From the NCBI GenBank assembly GCA_964554645.1, contig CAZKPK010000003.1:4256-68255 (forward strand): 64,000 nt of DNA, in the 5' to 3' direction. Origin of the DNA: an uncultured Candidatus Saccharibacteria bacterium (GTDB lineage Bacteria; Patescibacteriota; Minisyncoccia; Phycocordibacterales; UBA9973). Under the pieces are notes generated by a model. It ran no database searches. It was given only the letters and a program-made list of their open reading frames with translations, and had not been told where the DNA came from. Within the stretch, counting starts at the first letter, position 1. Each line of letters begins with the position of its first letter. Shown here piece after piece: positions 1 to 9,242 of the stretch. The translations under genes were made by a program, and so were the position numbers.

Positions 1-323
1 TTGCGATAATCCAAACTGGCGGGAAGCAATACAAAGTCTCTGAAGGGAGCCTTGTTTCTATTGAAAAAATAAAAGGCGGCAAATCGGGTGAATATAAAAA
101 GGGAGATAAAATTTCTTTCGATAAAGTTCTGCTCGTTGATGATGGTAAAGACGCCACGATCGGCACCCCTTATATCGCTGGCGCAAAAGTGAACGCTGAA
201 ATTGCGGAAATCGGCCGGGCCAGAAAAATTCTCGTGGTAAAATATAAGCAAAAATCTCGGTATCTTCGCCGCCACGGCCACCGTCAGCCATTTTTTAAAG
301 TAAAAATTACCGGAATAAAATAG
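1..323 (+). CDS. rplU: 50S ribosomal protein L21 (5' truncated by window edge; absent from ORF track)
   Basis: Frame from nt 3 reads AIIQTGGKQYKVSEG...TIGTPYIAGAKV...RRHGHRQPFFKVKITGIK*, with stop TAG at 321-323; canonical L21 motifs. Confidence 0.97.
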   Translation, partial: AIIQTGGKQYKVSEGSLVSIEKIKGGKSGEYKKGDKISFDKVLLVDDGKDATIGTPYIAGAKVNAEIAEIGRARKILVVKYKQKSRYLRRHGHRQPFFKVKITGIK

Positions 324-328
324 TCTAT

Positions 329-607
329 ATGAGATATAATGTGGAGGGTCAACCTTCCGAAAAAGAAATAGTAAAGAAAAGATTACTTAAAATTAAACGA
401 GAATCTTTGGATGTAGATAAAGACAATATACAGCCTATCATAAAAGACTTGGAGTGGTATCTTGATTTAAAAAGGAAAGAAAAAGTAAATCTGCATATAC
501 CTATCAATGACCTTGATTTATGGAACACGATGAGTGTAGTGTATAAAGATTTTAACGAAGAAGAACTCGAGGACCTAATAAATCATCTGAAAGGTGCTAA
601 TAACTAA
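329..607 (+). CDS. Hypothetical protein (92 aa)
   Basis: ATG ORF directly after rplU with charged helical composition; hairpin follows at ~610-630. Confidence 0.6.
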   Translation: MRYNVEGQPSEKEIVKKRLLKIKRESLDVDKDNIQPIIKDLEWYLDLKRKEKVNLHIPINDLDLWNTMSVVYKDFNEEELEDLINHLKGANN

Positions 608-691
608 GTCTTGTCTTGTAAGATAAGATGCAGGGATAACCTCTCACCAGCTGGTTTCTTTAATTTGTAAAAAATATGTTATACTCAAATT

Positions 692-1192
692 ATGCTATCG
701 CGGAATTTGAGTATTGGAGATAAAATTTTAAAACTTTTACTTGAGCCGACACACCGATATAAAGGCATACCGGTCAGTATGTTTGGCTTACCCATTTTAT
801 TTCCATACAAAAAGCAATCCATCTATAACACTCTTTCAAGATTAAATAAAGACGGTTATATATCAAAAGAAAATGATTATATATGCTTACTTCCAAGAGG
901 AAGAAAATATGTCGAAAATAAAAAAGTAAGATTTGCAACATTTGATTCACCTTATAAAAAAGAGTCTTCAAAAAATTTACTTTTAATGTTTGATATTCCA
1001 GAAGTCAAAAAAGCAGAAAGGGAATGGTTTCGTTTCCATTTGCGGCTGTTCAGTTATGAAATGATTCAGAAAAGTGTTTGGGTCGGACCGTCTCCACTGC
1101 CGAAGGATTTTATAGATTATGTAAAAGAAATCAAGCTTCAGGAATGCATTAAAACCTTCAAACTGGCTAAACCTTACAATACTCAAACTTAG
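692..1192 (+). CDS. PaaX-like transcriptional regulator (wHTH + Cas2-like ferredoxin fold)
   Basis: N-terminal SIYNTLSRLNKDGYI wHTH; C-terminal LLMFDIPE..K..REWFR..L...Y.MIQKSVWV. Confidence 0.8.
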   Translation: MLSRNLSIGDKILKLLLEPTHRYKGIPVSMFGLPILFPYKKQSIYNTLSRLNKDGYISKENDYICLLPRGRKYVENKKVRFATFDSPYKKESSKNLLLMFDIPEVKKAEREWFRFHLRLFSYEMIQKSVWVGPSPLPKDFIDYVKEIKLQECIKTFKLAKPYNTQT

Positions 1193-1237
1193 CGATAGCA
1201 GAAATTGAGTATTTTGGTTCTTATTCTATTTGATTTT

Positions 1238-1864
1238 TTATTGCCTATTTTTTAGCGCGTTTTTAAGGGTGTCGTTGTCGGAATATTCCAACTCGGTGCC
1301 GGTCGAGAGGCCTCGACCGAGAGAGGAGATTTTTATTTTTAATTTTTCTGCTAAGTCTTTAATTTGTTCTCGAACATAAGAATCTGTATGATCACCCTGC
1401 GGGCTTAATGAAAAAGCCAGAATTACCTCTTTGAGATTTTCACTTTTTGCTATTTTTTCCTTCAATTCTTCAATTCTAATTCTTCTTTTTGTAGTTTTTT
1501 CAACGATGGGTATCAGTCCGCCTAGAATAAAATATTTGCCATTGTAGACTCGGCTTTTTTTTATACTCTCCAGATCAGAATCTTTTTCAATAATCATTAA
1601 AATAGAAGGGTCTGTGCTTGTGTTTGCGCAGATGTCGCACACTTGCCCGTCCTTTGGCGGGGTTTTTCCTTTGCCTAAAATAAAAAACCTAAAACATTCT
1701 TTGCATTGCGCTACTTCTTTTTTTAAATCCAAAATCATATTTGACAAATTTTCGTTGTAGGCAGAATTTCTAGACATCAAAAAATAAACAAAACGTTTTG
1801 CTTGCCGCTCCCCAATACCGGGAAACTCTTTAAAAATCTGGCTTAGTTTTTCTATGACGTCCAT
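1238..1864 (-). CDS. recR: Recombination mediator RecR
   Basis: FPGIGERQAKR HhH, C4 zinc finger, Toprim domain, GTELEYSD. Confidence 0.95.
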   Translation of the reverse strand: MDVIEKLSQIFKEFPGIGERQAKRFVYFLMSRNSAYNENLSNMILDLKKEVAQCKECFRFFILGKGKTPPKDGQVCDICANTSTDPSILMIIEKDSDLESIKKSRVYNGKYFILGGLIPIVEKTTKRRIRIEELKEKIAKSENLKEVILAFSLSPQGDHTDSYVREQIKDLAEKLKIKISSLGRGLSTGTELEYSDNDTLKNALKNRQ

Positions 1865-1865
1865 A

Positions 1866-3266
1866 TTAAAATTCTTCCAAGCCTCCTTTTACTTTAGATG
1901 GAGCAAATTCGCTGATGTTACTTTTCTCTAAGGTTTGAAATGTGGTAGTTTTTTCATCAAAATAAAGTTCAATTTTTCCAGTCGGGCCATTTCGATGTTT
2001 TTCAATTAAAATTTCGGCAATATTTGTTTTTTCTGATTCTTCCTTTCCCTTATCTTCTCGATGAATAAACATTACCACATCCGCGTCTTGTTCGATAGAT
2101 CCTGAATCGCGAAGATCCGAAAGTCTTGGTTTTCCGCCCCTTGATTCTACTGCCCGAGAAAGCTGGGAGAGCGCCAAGACCGGCACGTTCAGCTCTTTTG
2201 CCAGGCTTTTTAGCGACCGGCTGATTTCGGTCACCTGATTCACCATTGAATCGTAATTTTTAGAAGTTGTCATCAGTTGCAAATAGTCAACCACAATAAG
2301 GTCAAGCCCTTTTTCCGCTTTCAATCTGCGAGAGAGGGCTTTCATCCGAACGATTGAATTTCCCGGCTGGTCATCGATATAGATTTTAGCCTTCGCAAGT
2401 TTATCGAGTGAATCTCTAAGTTTTGAAAATTCTCCGTCAGAGGACAAGCGGCCTGTGCGCAAGTTCCAAGCATTTACCCGACTCTCGGCGGAAAGCATCC
2501 TGTCCACTAATTGCTGGGAAGACATTTCCAGAGAGAATATCACTACGGATTTTTCATGAACAACGGAAGTCATACGAGCGATATCAAGCGCCAGGGTAGT
2601 TTTGCCCATACTTGGTCTGGCCGCGATAATAATTAAATCTTGCTTTTGCAAGCCCGAAAGAATGGTATCCAAATCTCGGAAGCCAGTCGGAAGTCCGCGC
2701 AACATTCCTTTGTGTTCATGCAGTTTTTCCAAACGTTCCCAAGCTTCCGGCAGGGCGTCTTTTAAATTTATAAATTTTTGATTCTTTGGAAACGAAACTA
2801 CGCTGAAAATTTTTTTCTCCGCCCTGTCCAGGATGTCGTTCATATGCTCATCGCCTTCCTCAAACGCAAGTTCCGACACATAGTCCGCCGCTTCTATTAA
2901 ACTTCTCAGAATATATTTTTTTTGCACTATGTCAGCATAGTGTTTGATATTAATGGAAGAGGGAACAACGTTCACTATTTCTGCCAGATAAACATTGCCT
3001 CCGATGCTGTCGAGCAACTTCTGTTCATTAAGCTTCGTAGAAAGTGAAAGCATATCTATTGGTTCGTTTTTGTTTGACAAGTCCAGCATTGCTTGAAAGA
3101 TTTTCTTATGCTTTTCAACGTAAAAGGATTCTGGTGACACCATATCCTCCACTTCATGCATCGCATCCTTACGGAGCATGATGGAGCCCAAGACCGCTTG
3201 TTCCGATTCAATGCTTTGAGGCGGAATGCGTAAATTGTTTTTATTGTTTTTAATTATCCTGACCAT
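1866..3266 (-). CDS. dnaB: Replicative DNA helicase DnaB
   Basis: PPQSIESEQAVLG, AARPSMGKT Walker A, VDYLQL, LSDLRDSGSIEQDAD. Confidence 0.98.
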   Translation of the reverse strand: MVRIIKNNKNNLRIPPQSIESEQAVLGSIMLRKDAMHEVEDMVSPESFYVEKHKKIFQAMLDLSNKNEPIDMLSLSTKLNEQKLLDSIGGNVYLAEIVNVVPSSINIKHYADIVQKKYILRSLIEAADYVSELAFEEGDEHMNDILDRAEKKIFSVVSFPKNQKFINLKDALPEAWERLEKLHEHKGMLRGLPTGFRDLDTILSGLQKQDLIIIAARPSMGKTTLALDIARMTSVVHEKSVVIFSLEMSSQQLVDRMLSAESRVNAWNLRTGRLSSDGEFSKLRDSLDKLAKAKIYIDDQPGNSIVRMKALSRRLKAEKGLDLIVVDYLQLMTTSKNYDSMVNQVTEISRSLKSLAKELNVPVLALSQLSRAVESRGGKPRLSDLRDSGSIEQDADVVMFIHREDKGKEESEKTNIAEILIEKHRNGPTGKIELYFDEKTTTFQTLEKSNISEFAPSKVKGGLEEF

Positions 3267-3344
3267 AAAGTTATTCTAACACAGCCAAAAAATTAGCAAA
3301 CTGTAAAAGTGCGTAAAAAGTTAATAATATGTTATTATATTCGC

Positions 3345-4295
3345 ATGGGTAAAAAAGTATTTTTATCAGGTGTTCAGCCCTCAGGCAAGCCTCATATTGG
3401 CAACTATTTTGGGGCGATGAAGCAATTTGTTGATTTGCAAGGGGAACATGATGGTTATGTTTTTATTGCTGATTATCACGCTCTGCATTCTCTCAGAAAT
3501 CCTAAAGAAATAAATGAAAACATAAAGAATGTTCTGCTTGATTATTTGGCGATTGGCCTTGATCTGAAAAAAGTGACATTTTTCAAACAAAGCGATATTT
3601 CCGAGCACACTGAACTTGCTTGGATTTTTGATACGATTACCACCATGCCGTATTTGATGCGCGCGCATGCTTTTAAAGATGCGCAGGCGAAGGATAAAGA
3701 AATTGATGTGGGTACTTTTAATTATCCTGTTTTAATGGCGGCGGACATTTTACTTTACGGTCCGGATCTAGTGCCGGTAGGCGCTGATCAGAAACAACAT
3801 GTGGAGATAGCTCGCGATATTGCGGAAAAATTTAATCACGCATACGGAGAAACTTTTAAATTGCCAAATCCAATGATTCTGAAAGATACGGCGGTTGTGC
3901 TAGGGACCGATGGGCGCAAAATGTCCAAGAGTTACGGCAACACTATTCCACTTTTTGCCGAGTATGAAGAAATAAAAAAGTGTGTGATGAGTATTATCAC
4001 TGATTCCGGAGAGGGGATTCCCAAAAATGTCTACGCGATACACAACTTGCTTCGCCCGGCCTCCGAGCTTCTGCCTATCTATGAAAGCAAGGCAGGGAAG
4101 TATAAAGAATTAAAAGAGCTTTTAATAGAAGATTTAGAAAAATTTATCGCGCCGCTCCGGGAAAAACGAAAAGAATTTGCCAAGGATATTCCCAAAGTGC
4201 TGGCGATTCTCAAAGCCGGCGGTGAAAAAGCTAAAAAAATTGCTTCCAAAAAAATGAATGAAGTCCGCGAGAAAATCGGGGTGAAGGTGTATTAG
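3345..4295 (+). CDS. trpS: Tryptophanyl-tRNA synthetase
   Basis: SGVQPSGKPHIGNYFGA, YPVLMAADIL, VPVGADQKQH, KMSKS; ATG at 3345 preferred over GTG 3309. Confidence 0.97.
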   Translation: MGKKVFLSGVQPSGKPHIGNYFGAMKQFVDLQGEHDGYVFIADYHALHSLRNPKEINENIKNVLLDYLAIGLDLKKVTFFKQSDISEHTELAWIFDTITTMPYLMRAHAFKDAQAKDKEIDVGTFNYPVLMAADILLYGPDLVPVGADQKQHVEIARDIAEKFNHAYGETFKLPNPMILKDTAVVLGTDGRKMSKSYGNTIPLFAEYEEIKKCVMSIITDSGEGIPKNVYAIHNLLRPASELLPIYESKAGKYKELKELLIEDLEKFIAPLREKRKEFAKDIPKVLAILKAGGEKAKKIASKKMNEVREKIGVKVY

Positions 4296-4304
4296 AATGA
4301 AATA

Positions 4305-4610
4305 TTGAAAAATATGAAGCACGCCAATAAAAAAATTCCTGAATACAGAAAAGAATTGGTGGAAATTTTTGCTAAAATTTTGGGCAATAGAGAATTGATG
4401 GGCCTATTTTTGAAGGACATACTTACGCCGAATGAATTTGAAGCTTTATCTTTGAGATGGCAAATAGTCAAAAAATTAAATAAAGGAGAAACGCATCGAT
4501 CGGTAGTAGAGGATTTGGGTCTTGGGATGAGCACAGTAACCCGCGGGTCTCGGATGCTTCGCAATAAAAACGGCGGTTTCAATCTGGTTTTTAAAAAGCT
4601 AGGCCAATAG
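4305..4610 (+). CDS. trpR: Trp repressor (TrpR family)
   Basis: ILTPNEFEAL.LRWQIV...GMSTVTRGSRML matches the TrpR HTH; immediately downstream of trpS. Confidence 0.85.
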   Translation: MKNMKHANKKIPEYRKELVEIFAKILGNRELMGLFLKDILTPNEFEALSLRWQIVKKLNKGETHRSVVEDLGLGMSTVTRGSRMLRNKNGGFNLVFKKLGQ

Positions 4611-4633
4611 AGACCATAAAGAGTAATTTCGAG

Positions 4634-4642
4634 TTATCCACA
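4634..4642 (+). promoter_or_regulatory. DnaA box
   Basis: Perfect TTATCCACA. Confidence 0.55.
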
Positions 4643-4650
4643 GTCTATGG

Positions 4651-4695
4651 TTGCAAATTACTTTCCTTATGCTACTATGCACTAGTGCATAGTAG
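4651..4695 (+). promoter_or_regulatory. Sigma70 promoter overlapped by a putative TrpR operator
   Basis: TTGCAA(4651)-16 bp-TACTAT(4673) with extended TGn; perfect 24-bp palindrome CTACTATGCACTAGTGCATAGTAG (4672-4695) with GCACT/AGTGC half-sites resembling the TrpR GNACT. Confidence 0.75.
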
Positions 4696-4734
4696 TAGAG
4701 AAGATAAGGAAAGTAAATATATACAATACAATAT

Positions 4735-4824
4735 ATGAAAAATGAATTTAAAATAAATAAATCAATAAATTCTTGGCGGGGCGCAAAAGCTTCAGTTTTT
4801 AAAGCTTTTGCGCCTGTTTGTTGA
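4735..4824 (+). CDS. Putative Trp leader peptide (29 aa, MKNEFKINKSINSWRGAKASVFKAFAPVC)
   Basis: Short ORF with a TGG at 4774-4776 immediately before hairpin 4780-4814. Confidence 0.65.
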   Translation: MKNEFKINKSINSWRGAKASVFKAFAPVC

Positions 4825-4883
4825 TTTCTTTACCTATTTAAACAAGGAATCCATTAAGTGGCGCAATGAAGCGTCACTTTTTG
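4780..4883 (+). promoter_or_regulatory. Trp attenuator (1:2 hairpin, 2:3 antiterminator, 3:4 terminator)
   Basis: GGCGCAAAAGCTT/AAGCTTTTGCGCC; TTGCGCC (4808-4814) complementary to GGCGCAA (4860-4866); terminator AAGTGGCGC/GCGTCACTT followed by T-run. Confidence 0.7.
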
Positions 4884-4996
4884 TTCTTTGATAATCTAAC
4901 GAAGTTTGTGAAAACTTCTGTAAAAATTCTCAGGTGATGGAATCTACCTGTAAGTGGTTCTAAAATTCAGTTATTTAACAAAGAGAAAGGTTGCAT

Positions 4997-5371
4997 ATGT
5001 GGGAAGGCGCAGATGATTATCCAGGTCCTGATTCCGAAATTTCGGATAAAAAAAATCGAGCACGCATTGGGAAAACAAGAACTATGACGCTACAAAAATT
5101 ACGTAAAGAATTTCCACTTGGGAATTTATCATGTAGATCTCAAAGCTGGAATTCCCCGGGGAATGTAGTAATTTTTTACATTTCTGTCTCCGAAGATCTA
5201 GTAGGAACTATCTATACAGAACTTCGTAAGGACGGAAGTCTAGAAGTTTTTAAAATACTTCCAGTAGTGGATCAAGAGGGATCTCAACCGCTTATAAAAA
5301 TAGCGGAACGGGAAAAAATACCGCAAGAAGTTTTCACCAAGGCTATTTTAAAACAAATAGCTGACTTATGA
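4997..5371 (+). CDS. Hypothetical protein
   Basis: ORF with AAAGG SD-like sequence before ATG 4997; no recognisable family. Confidence 0.6.
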   Translation: MWEGADDYPGPDSEISDKKNRARIGKTRTMTLQKLRKEFPLGNLSCRSQSWNSPGNVVIFYISVSEDLVGTIYTELRKDGSLEVFKILPVVDQEGSQPLIKIAEREKIPQEVFTKAILKQIADL

Positions 5372-5437
5372 CGTTAAGACGCGCTCGGCATTCACCGAGC
5401 AAATAAAAAAGCCCCGAGGGTGGTATACCCTCAAAAA

Positions 5438-5478
5438 ACCAGCAACATCCGAAAAGAGAAAATGTTGCTGTTTTTTAT
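5438..5478 (+). terminator. Intrinsic terminator
   Basis: CAGCAACAT...ATGTTGCTG followed by T-run; preceded by two more hairpins (5382-5432). Confidence 0.7.
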
Positions 5479-5505
5479 TTTTATTTATGCTAAAATGTTT
5501 CTGCG

Positions 5506-6855
5506 ATGCGCAACAGGACTTATATCAAAGATTTAAAAGATAATGTCGGCAAAGAAATTATCATTGCTGGCTGGGTGGATGTCCGGCGCGATCAGGGGAA
5601 AATGGTTTTTTTTGATATGCGGGATATGACGGGCAAAGTGCAATGCGTGGCGTTGCCGACTAGAGCGGGAGTGATGGAAAAAGTGAAGGATATTAGGCTT
5701 GAATGGGTTTTAAAAGTTACCGGCATGGTCAACAAGCGTCCAATCAAAAATGTGAAGGCGGGATTTTTGAATGGCGATGTCGAACTTGAAGTGACAGACG
5801 TTGAAGTGTTCGCAAAGGCTGAACCACTTCCTTTTGATATGTCCCTTGACGGCTATAATTTAGAATTAACGACCGAGCTGGATAATCGCGCTCTGGTTTT
5901 GCGTCAACCGAAAGTGCAAGCGGTTTTCAAAGTGCAAGAGACAATCATAGATTCTTTTCGGGAATTTATGAAAAAAAATATGTTTTTCGAATTTCAGGCG
6001 CCGTCTATCACTCCGGCAGTTGCTGAAGGGGGTAGTGAAGTTTTTCAGCTTGATTATTTTGCTAAAAAAGCTTTCTTAACCCAGTCTCCTCAGTTGTATA
6101 AACAGATAGTTATGTCCGCTTTTGAAAGAGTTTTTTCCGTGAATAAAATTTTTCGCGCTGAACCAAGCGCGACCACCAGACATTTGACCGAAGTTGTATC
6201 ACTCGACGCGGAAATGGCTTTTATTGATGGCTGGGAAGATGTGCGGGATATGGCCGAAGCGACGGTTAAATTTATTTTGGAAAAAGTAGCCGAAAAAAAT
6301 TCCACCGAGTTGAAACTTTTAAAAGCGGAACTTCCGATAATGATAGAAAAAACCCCGACTTTTTCCCTGACGGAAGCGCAGGAAAAAATTTTTAAACATT
6401 TTAAGCGTGACGTGAGAGAAGAAAAAGATTTAAATCCGCAAGACGAAAGAGAGATATGTGAAATAGCAAAAAAAGAAACCGGTTCTGATTTCGTCTTTAT
6501 TTATGGCTATCCAACGCGCAAAAAACCTTTTTATGTTTATCCAAACCCAAAAAATCCAGAATTTAATGAGGGGATGGATTTATTGTGTCGCGGTTTGGAA
6601 TGGCTTTCTGGTGGACGCCGAATTAACAAATATGACCAGCTTTTGGAACACGTAAAATTATGGAAAATGGATCCCAAAAAAATTAAAATGTTTTTAGAAG
6701 CTTTCAAATACGGTGTCCCACCCGAAGGCGGTTTCGCTTTCGGCGCCGAGCGCATGACGATGCAACTTTTGGGACTTAAAAATATCCGGGAAGCTTGTAT
6801 GTTTCCCAGAGATATGGAGAGAATAGATGAAAGGCTCAATAGTGACGGTTACTAA
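5506..6855 (+). CDS. aspS: Aspartyl-tRNA synthetase, short archaeal-like type (probably non-discriminating)
   Basis: OB-fold AGWVDVRRDQG, LTQSPQLYKQ, FRAE..TTRHLTE, YGVPPEGGFAFGAER, FPRD; 449 aa. Confidence 0.93.
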   Translation: MRNRTYIKDLKDNVGKEIIIAGWVDVRRDQGKMVFFDMRDMTGKVQCVALPTRAGVMEKVKDIRLEWVLKVTGMVNKRPIKNVKAGFLNGDVELEVTDVEVFAKAEPLPFDMSLDGYNLELTTELDNRALVLRQPKVQAVFKVQETIIDSFREFMKKNMFFEFQAPSITPAVAEGGSEVFQLDYFAKKAFLTQSPQLYKQIVMSAFERVFSVNKIFRAEPSATTRHLTEVVSLDAEMAFIDGWEDVRDMAEATVKFILEKVAEKNSTELKLLKAELPIMIEKTPTFSLTEAQEKIFKHFKRDVREEKDLNPQDEREICEIAKKETGSDFVFIYGYPTRKKPFYVYPNPKNPEFNEGMDLLCRGLEWLSGGRRINKYDQLLEHVKLWKMDPKKIKMFLEAFKYGVPPEGGFAFGAERMTMQLLGLKNIREACMFPRDMERIDERLNSDGY

Positions 6856-6863
6856 GATAAAAC

Positions 6864-7193
6864 ATGGATTATGTAATTTCTGGCAAGGTAATAAAGGGCG
6901 ATGGATATGGCAGGAAAATTGGCTTTCCGACAATGAACTTGGAAGCTAATACAAAAGAATTGCCAAAAGCCGGAGTCTATGCGGGTATAGGGAATCTAGA
7001 CGGCATAGATTATCGAACAGGTATTGTTGTCGGTCCGGAGGATAAACTCGAAGCGCATTTGATAGGGTATAATGGAGACGCTTACGGAAAACAAGTAACT
7101 TTAAAAATAGAGAAATTCATAAGAGAATATAAGAAATTTAATACTGAAGAAGAATTGATTATTCAAATAAAAAAAGATTTAAAATTATGCTAA
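6864..7193 (+). CDS. Stand-alone riboflavin kinase domain
   Basis: GKVIKGDGYGRKIGFPTMN, GVYAG, LEAHL, FIRE.KKF....ELI.QIKKD (RibF C-terminal domain). Confidence 0.88.
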   Translation: MDYVISGKVIKGDGYGRKIGFPTMNLEANTKELPKAGVYAGIGNLDGIDYRTGIVVGPEDKLEAHLIGYNGDAYGKQVTLKIEKFIREYKKFNTEEELIIQIKKDLKLC

Positions 7194-8092
7194 AAGATTA
7201 CACAGGCCCTATTTTTATTCTTATCGCGGCAACGCTCTGGGCATTTGACGGTCTCATTCGACAGCATTTATATTCGCTTCCGCCCATTACCATCATATTT
7301 TTTGAACATCTTTTTGGTCTTATAATTCTGTCTCCTTTCGTTTACAAATATTTTTCTCAGACAAAACTTTCAAAAAGGGATTGGTGGCTTGTTATTTTGA
7401 TATCAATTTTAAGCGGCCTCTTCGGAACATTATGGTTCACGACCGCGCTCGGCAAAGTCCACTTCATTTCCATCTCAGTCGTATTCCTCTTGCAAAAACT
7501 TCAGCCGATATTTGCTATTATAACCGCGAGAATTTTTTTGAAGGAAAAAATGGATGGGCGATATATAAAATGGGCTGTGCTCGCAATTATCGCGGCCTAT
7601 TTTGTGACCTTCAAAAATGGATATGTAAATTTTGCGACGGGTGAGGGAACAATCATTGCGGCTCTGTACGCGCTTGGCGCGGCTTTTGCTTGGGGTTCTT
7701 CAACGACATTTTCAAAAATGCTTTTAGGAAAAATAGATGCCAGACTCTCCACCTTTTATAGATTTTTAGTCACAACTGCAATAGTTCTTCCAATCTTGTT
7801 TTTATCAGGAAAAGGACCAAGTTTATCCGCGCCAACTATTTCTCAATTCGGCTGGCTAGCGCTCATTGCCGTCTCGACTGGCATGGTTGCTTTGCTTATT
7901 TATTATAAAGGGCTGGCAAGGACCCCGGTGCATATTTCCACAATTTTGGAGCTGACTTTTCCTTTCATTGCCATTTTTCTGGATATGATAGTGAATCATA
8001 CTGTACTTTCTTTCACTCAATGGGTTGCGGCTTTAGTGCTTGTGTTTGGTATTTACAAGATTGCCAGATTGCGTGAGAACGTTTCTTTGTGA
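7187..8092 (+). CDS. EamA/DMT family transporter
   Basis: About 10 hydrophobic segments, internal duplication, LQPIFAII.ARIFLKEK. Confidence 0.88.
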   Translation: MLKDYTGPIFILIAATLWAFDGLIRQHLYSLPPITIIFFEHLFGLIILSPFVYKYFSQTKLSKRDWWLVILISILSGLFGTLWFTTALGKVHFISISVVFLLQKLQPIFAIITARIFLKEKMDGRYIKWAVLAIIAAYFVTFKNGYVNFATGEGTIIAALYALGAAFAWGSSTTFSKMLLGKIDARLSTFYRFLVTTAIVLPILFLSGKGPSLSAPTISQFGWLALIAVSTGMVALLIYYKGLARTPVHISTILELTFPFIAIFLDMIVNHTVLSFTQWVAALVLVFGIYKIARLRENVSL

Positions 8093-8097
8093 AATTA

Positions 8098-8147
8098 ATA
8101 ATTACTTAACTCTACCGGTCGGAAAAGTTAGGTAATTTAAAAAGATG
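8098..8147 (+). repeat. Imperfect palindromic element abutting an ATG, copy 1 (copy 2 at 48348-48398)
   Basis: ATAATTACTTAACT-ctaccggtcggaaa-AGTTAGGTAATTTAAAAAGATG. Confidence 0.8.
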
Positions 8148-8483
8148 AAACAAACAGATTTGTTAAAGAAAAAATGTATATCGTGCGAGGGGAAAAGCAT
8201 TAAACCTCTAGATAGAGCTGGCGCGCAGGATTATTTAGATGAAACACCGGGTTGGGTTTTAGATAAAGATGTAAAGAAAATTTCCAAAGAATTTAAATTT
8301 AAGGATTTTATCGGAGCGATAAATTTCGTGGAAAAAGTGGCCGAGATTGCCGAAATGGAAGGGCATCATCCGGATATTCATATTCACTACAACAAAGTCT
8401 TGCTCGAACTCTGGACACACGCCATCGGCGGGCTTTCTGAAAACGACTTCATCGTCGCCGCCAAAATCGACGCACATAATTAG
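8145..8483 (+). CDS. phhB: Pterin-4-alpha-carbinolamine dehydratase
   Basis: C..CEG, FKFKDF, AEMEGHHPDI, LWTHAIGGLSENDFIVAAKID. Confidence 0.93.
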   Translation: MKQTDLLKKKCISCEGKSIKPLDRAGAQDYLDETPGWVLDKDVKKISKEFKFKDFIGAINFVEKVAEIAEMEGHHPDIHIHYNKVLLELWTHAIGGLSENDFIVAAKIDAHN

Positions 8484-8560
8484 TTTTTGAAATATGCATT
8501 TGACTTTTATTTTGTGGATGAATTATAATTATTTTATAAAAAATTTTCCAAAATAACAAT

Positions 8561-9235
8561 ATGTCACAAAGAGTAAAAATTAAAGTTCTCACAAAAACAA
8601 AACTTTGGTCTATCGTGCTTTTTTTACCCATTTTACCGGCGCTTATTTTCGGTGGTTGGCTTGCGCTTCATCAAGGTAATATATACATCTCATTTAAAAA
8701 TAGGCCACATGATATGCCGTATGCTGATAGTGCCAGGGACTATCAGGTCTGGGCAAAAATAGTGAATGGACCGTGGTTTGAAAACTTATTATTGGCAAAT
8801 GTGTATGATAATGGCTTAAATTCCTTTGGTTTAGATAAGAAATTTCCCATTTACACCAGATATCTTGACATAGATAATGATGGACAAAAAGAAATTGAAA
8901 TAATTGGAACTTATTATGGACCAGGTACAGTCAAATATTTATTAAAAAAGGAAGATGGAAAATATGAAATTGTGCATCATGTTGACGAGTGGGGCACCGA
9001 TAAAGAGGCTTTTTCTTCCGAGCAAATTAGTTTTTTAGATATGGATAATGATCTTCGACTAGAAGCGGCGACTGATTCCTTCCTTGATTACGAAAACGCT
9101 CCGGACCAGATTTGGACGAGTTACTATCGTTTCGATGGTGATCATTATCAATTTTACAAAAAAGATATAGTAAATTTCTCTGATTTTAAACGTCTCTTTG
9201 TTATGGCGCCGGATTATTATGCAAGTCGTCATTAG
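8561..9235 (+). CDS. Membrane-anchored hypothetical protein with Dx[DN]xDG-like Ca-binding motifs
   Basis: N-terminal TM helix; DIDNDGQKE and DMDNDLRLE motifs. Confidence 0.7.
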   Translation: MSQRVKIKVLTKTKLWSIVLFLPILPALIFGGWLALHQGNIYISFKNRPHDMPYADSARDYQVWAKIVNGPWFENLLLANVYDNGLNSFGLDKKFPIYTRYLDIDNDGQKEIEIIGTYYGPGTVKYLLKKEDGKYEIVHHVDEWGTDKEAFSSEQISFLDMDNDLRLEAATDSFLDYENAPDQIWTSYYRFDGDHYQFYKKDIVNFSDFKRLFVMAPDYYASRH

Positions 9236-9242
9236 CAGTCCC

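Noticed and set aside
58-291. 77-aa minus-strand ORF and other antisense ORFs in the track (e.g. 27962-28711, 36374-37012, 51103-51843)
   Set aside because: These are shadows of well-supported genes on the opposite strand.
692-1192. Cas2/CRISPR system
   Set aside because: The Cas2-like fold is the C-terminal part of a PaaX-type regulator; no cas1 and no repeat-spacer array is visible in the window.
4634-4642. Replication origin near dnaB
   Set aside because: Single DnaA box with no cluster and no dnaA/dnaN nearby.
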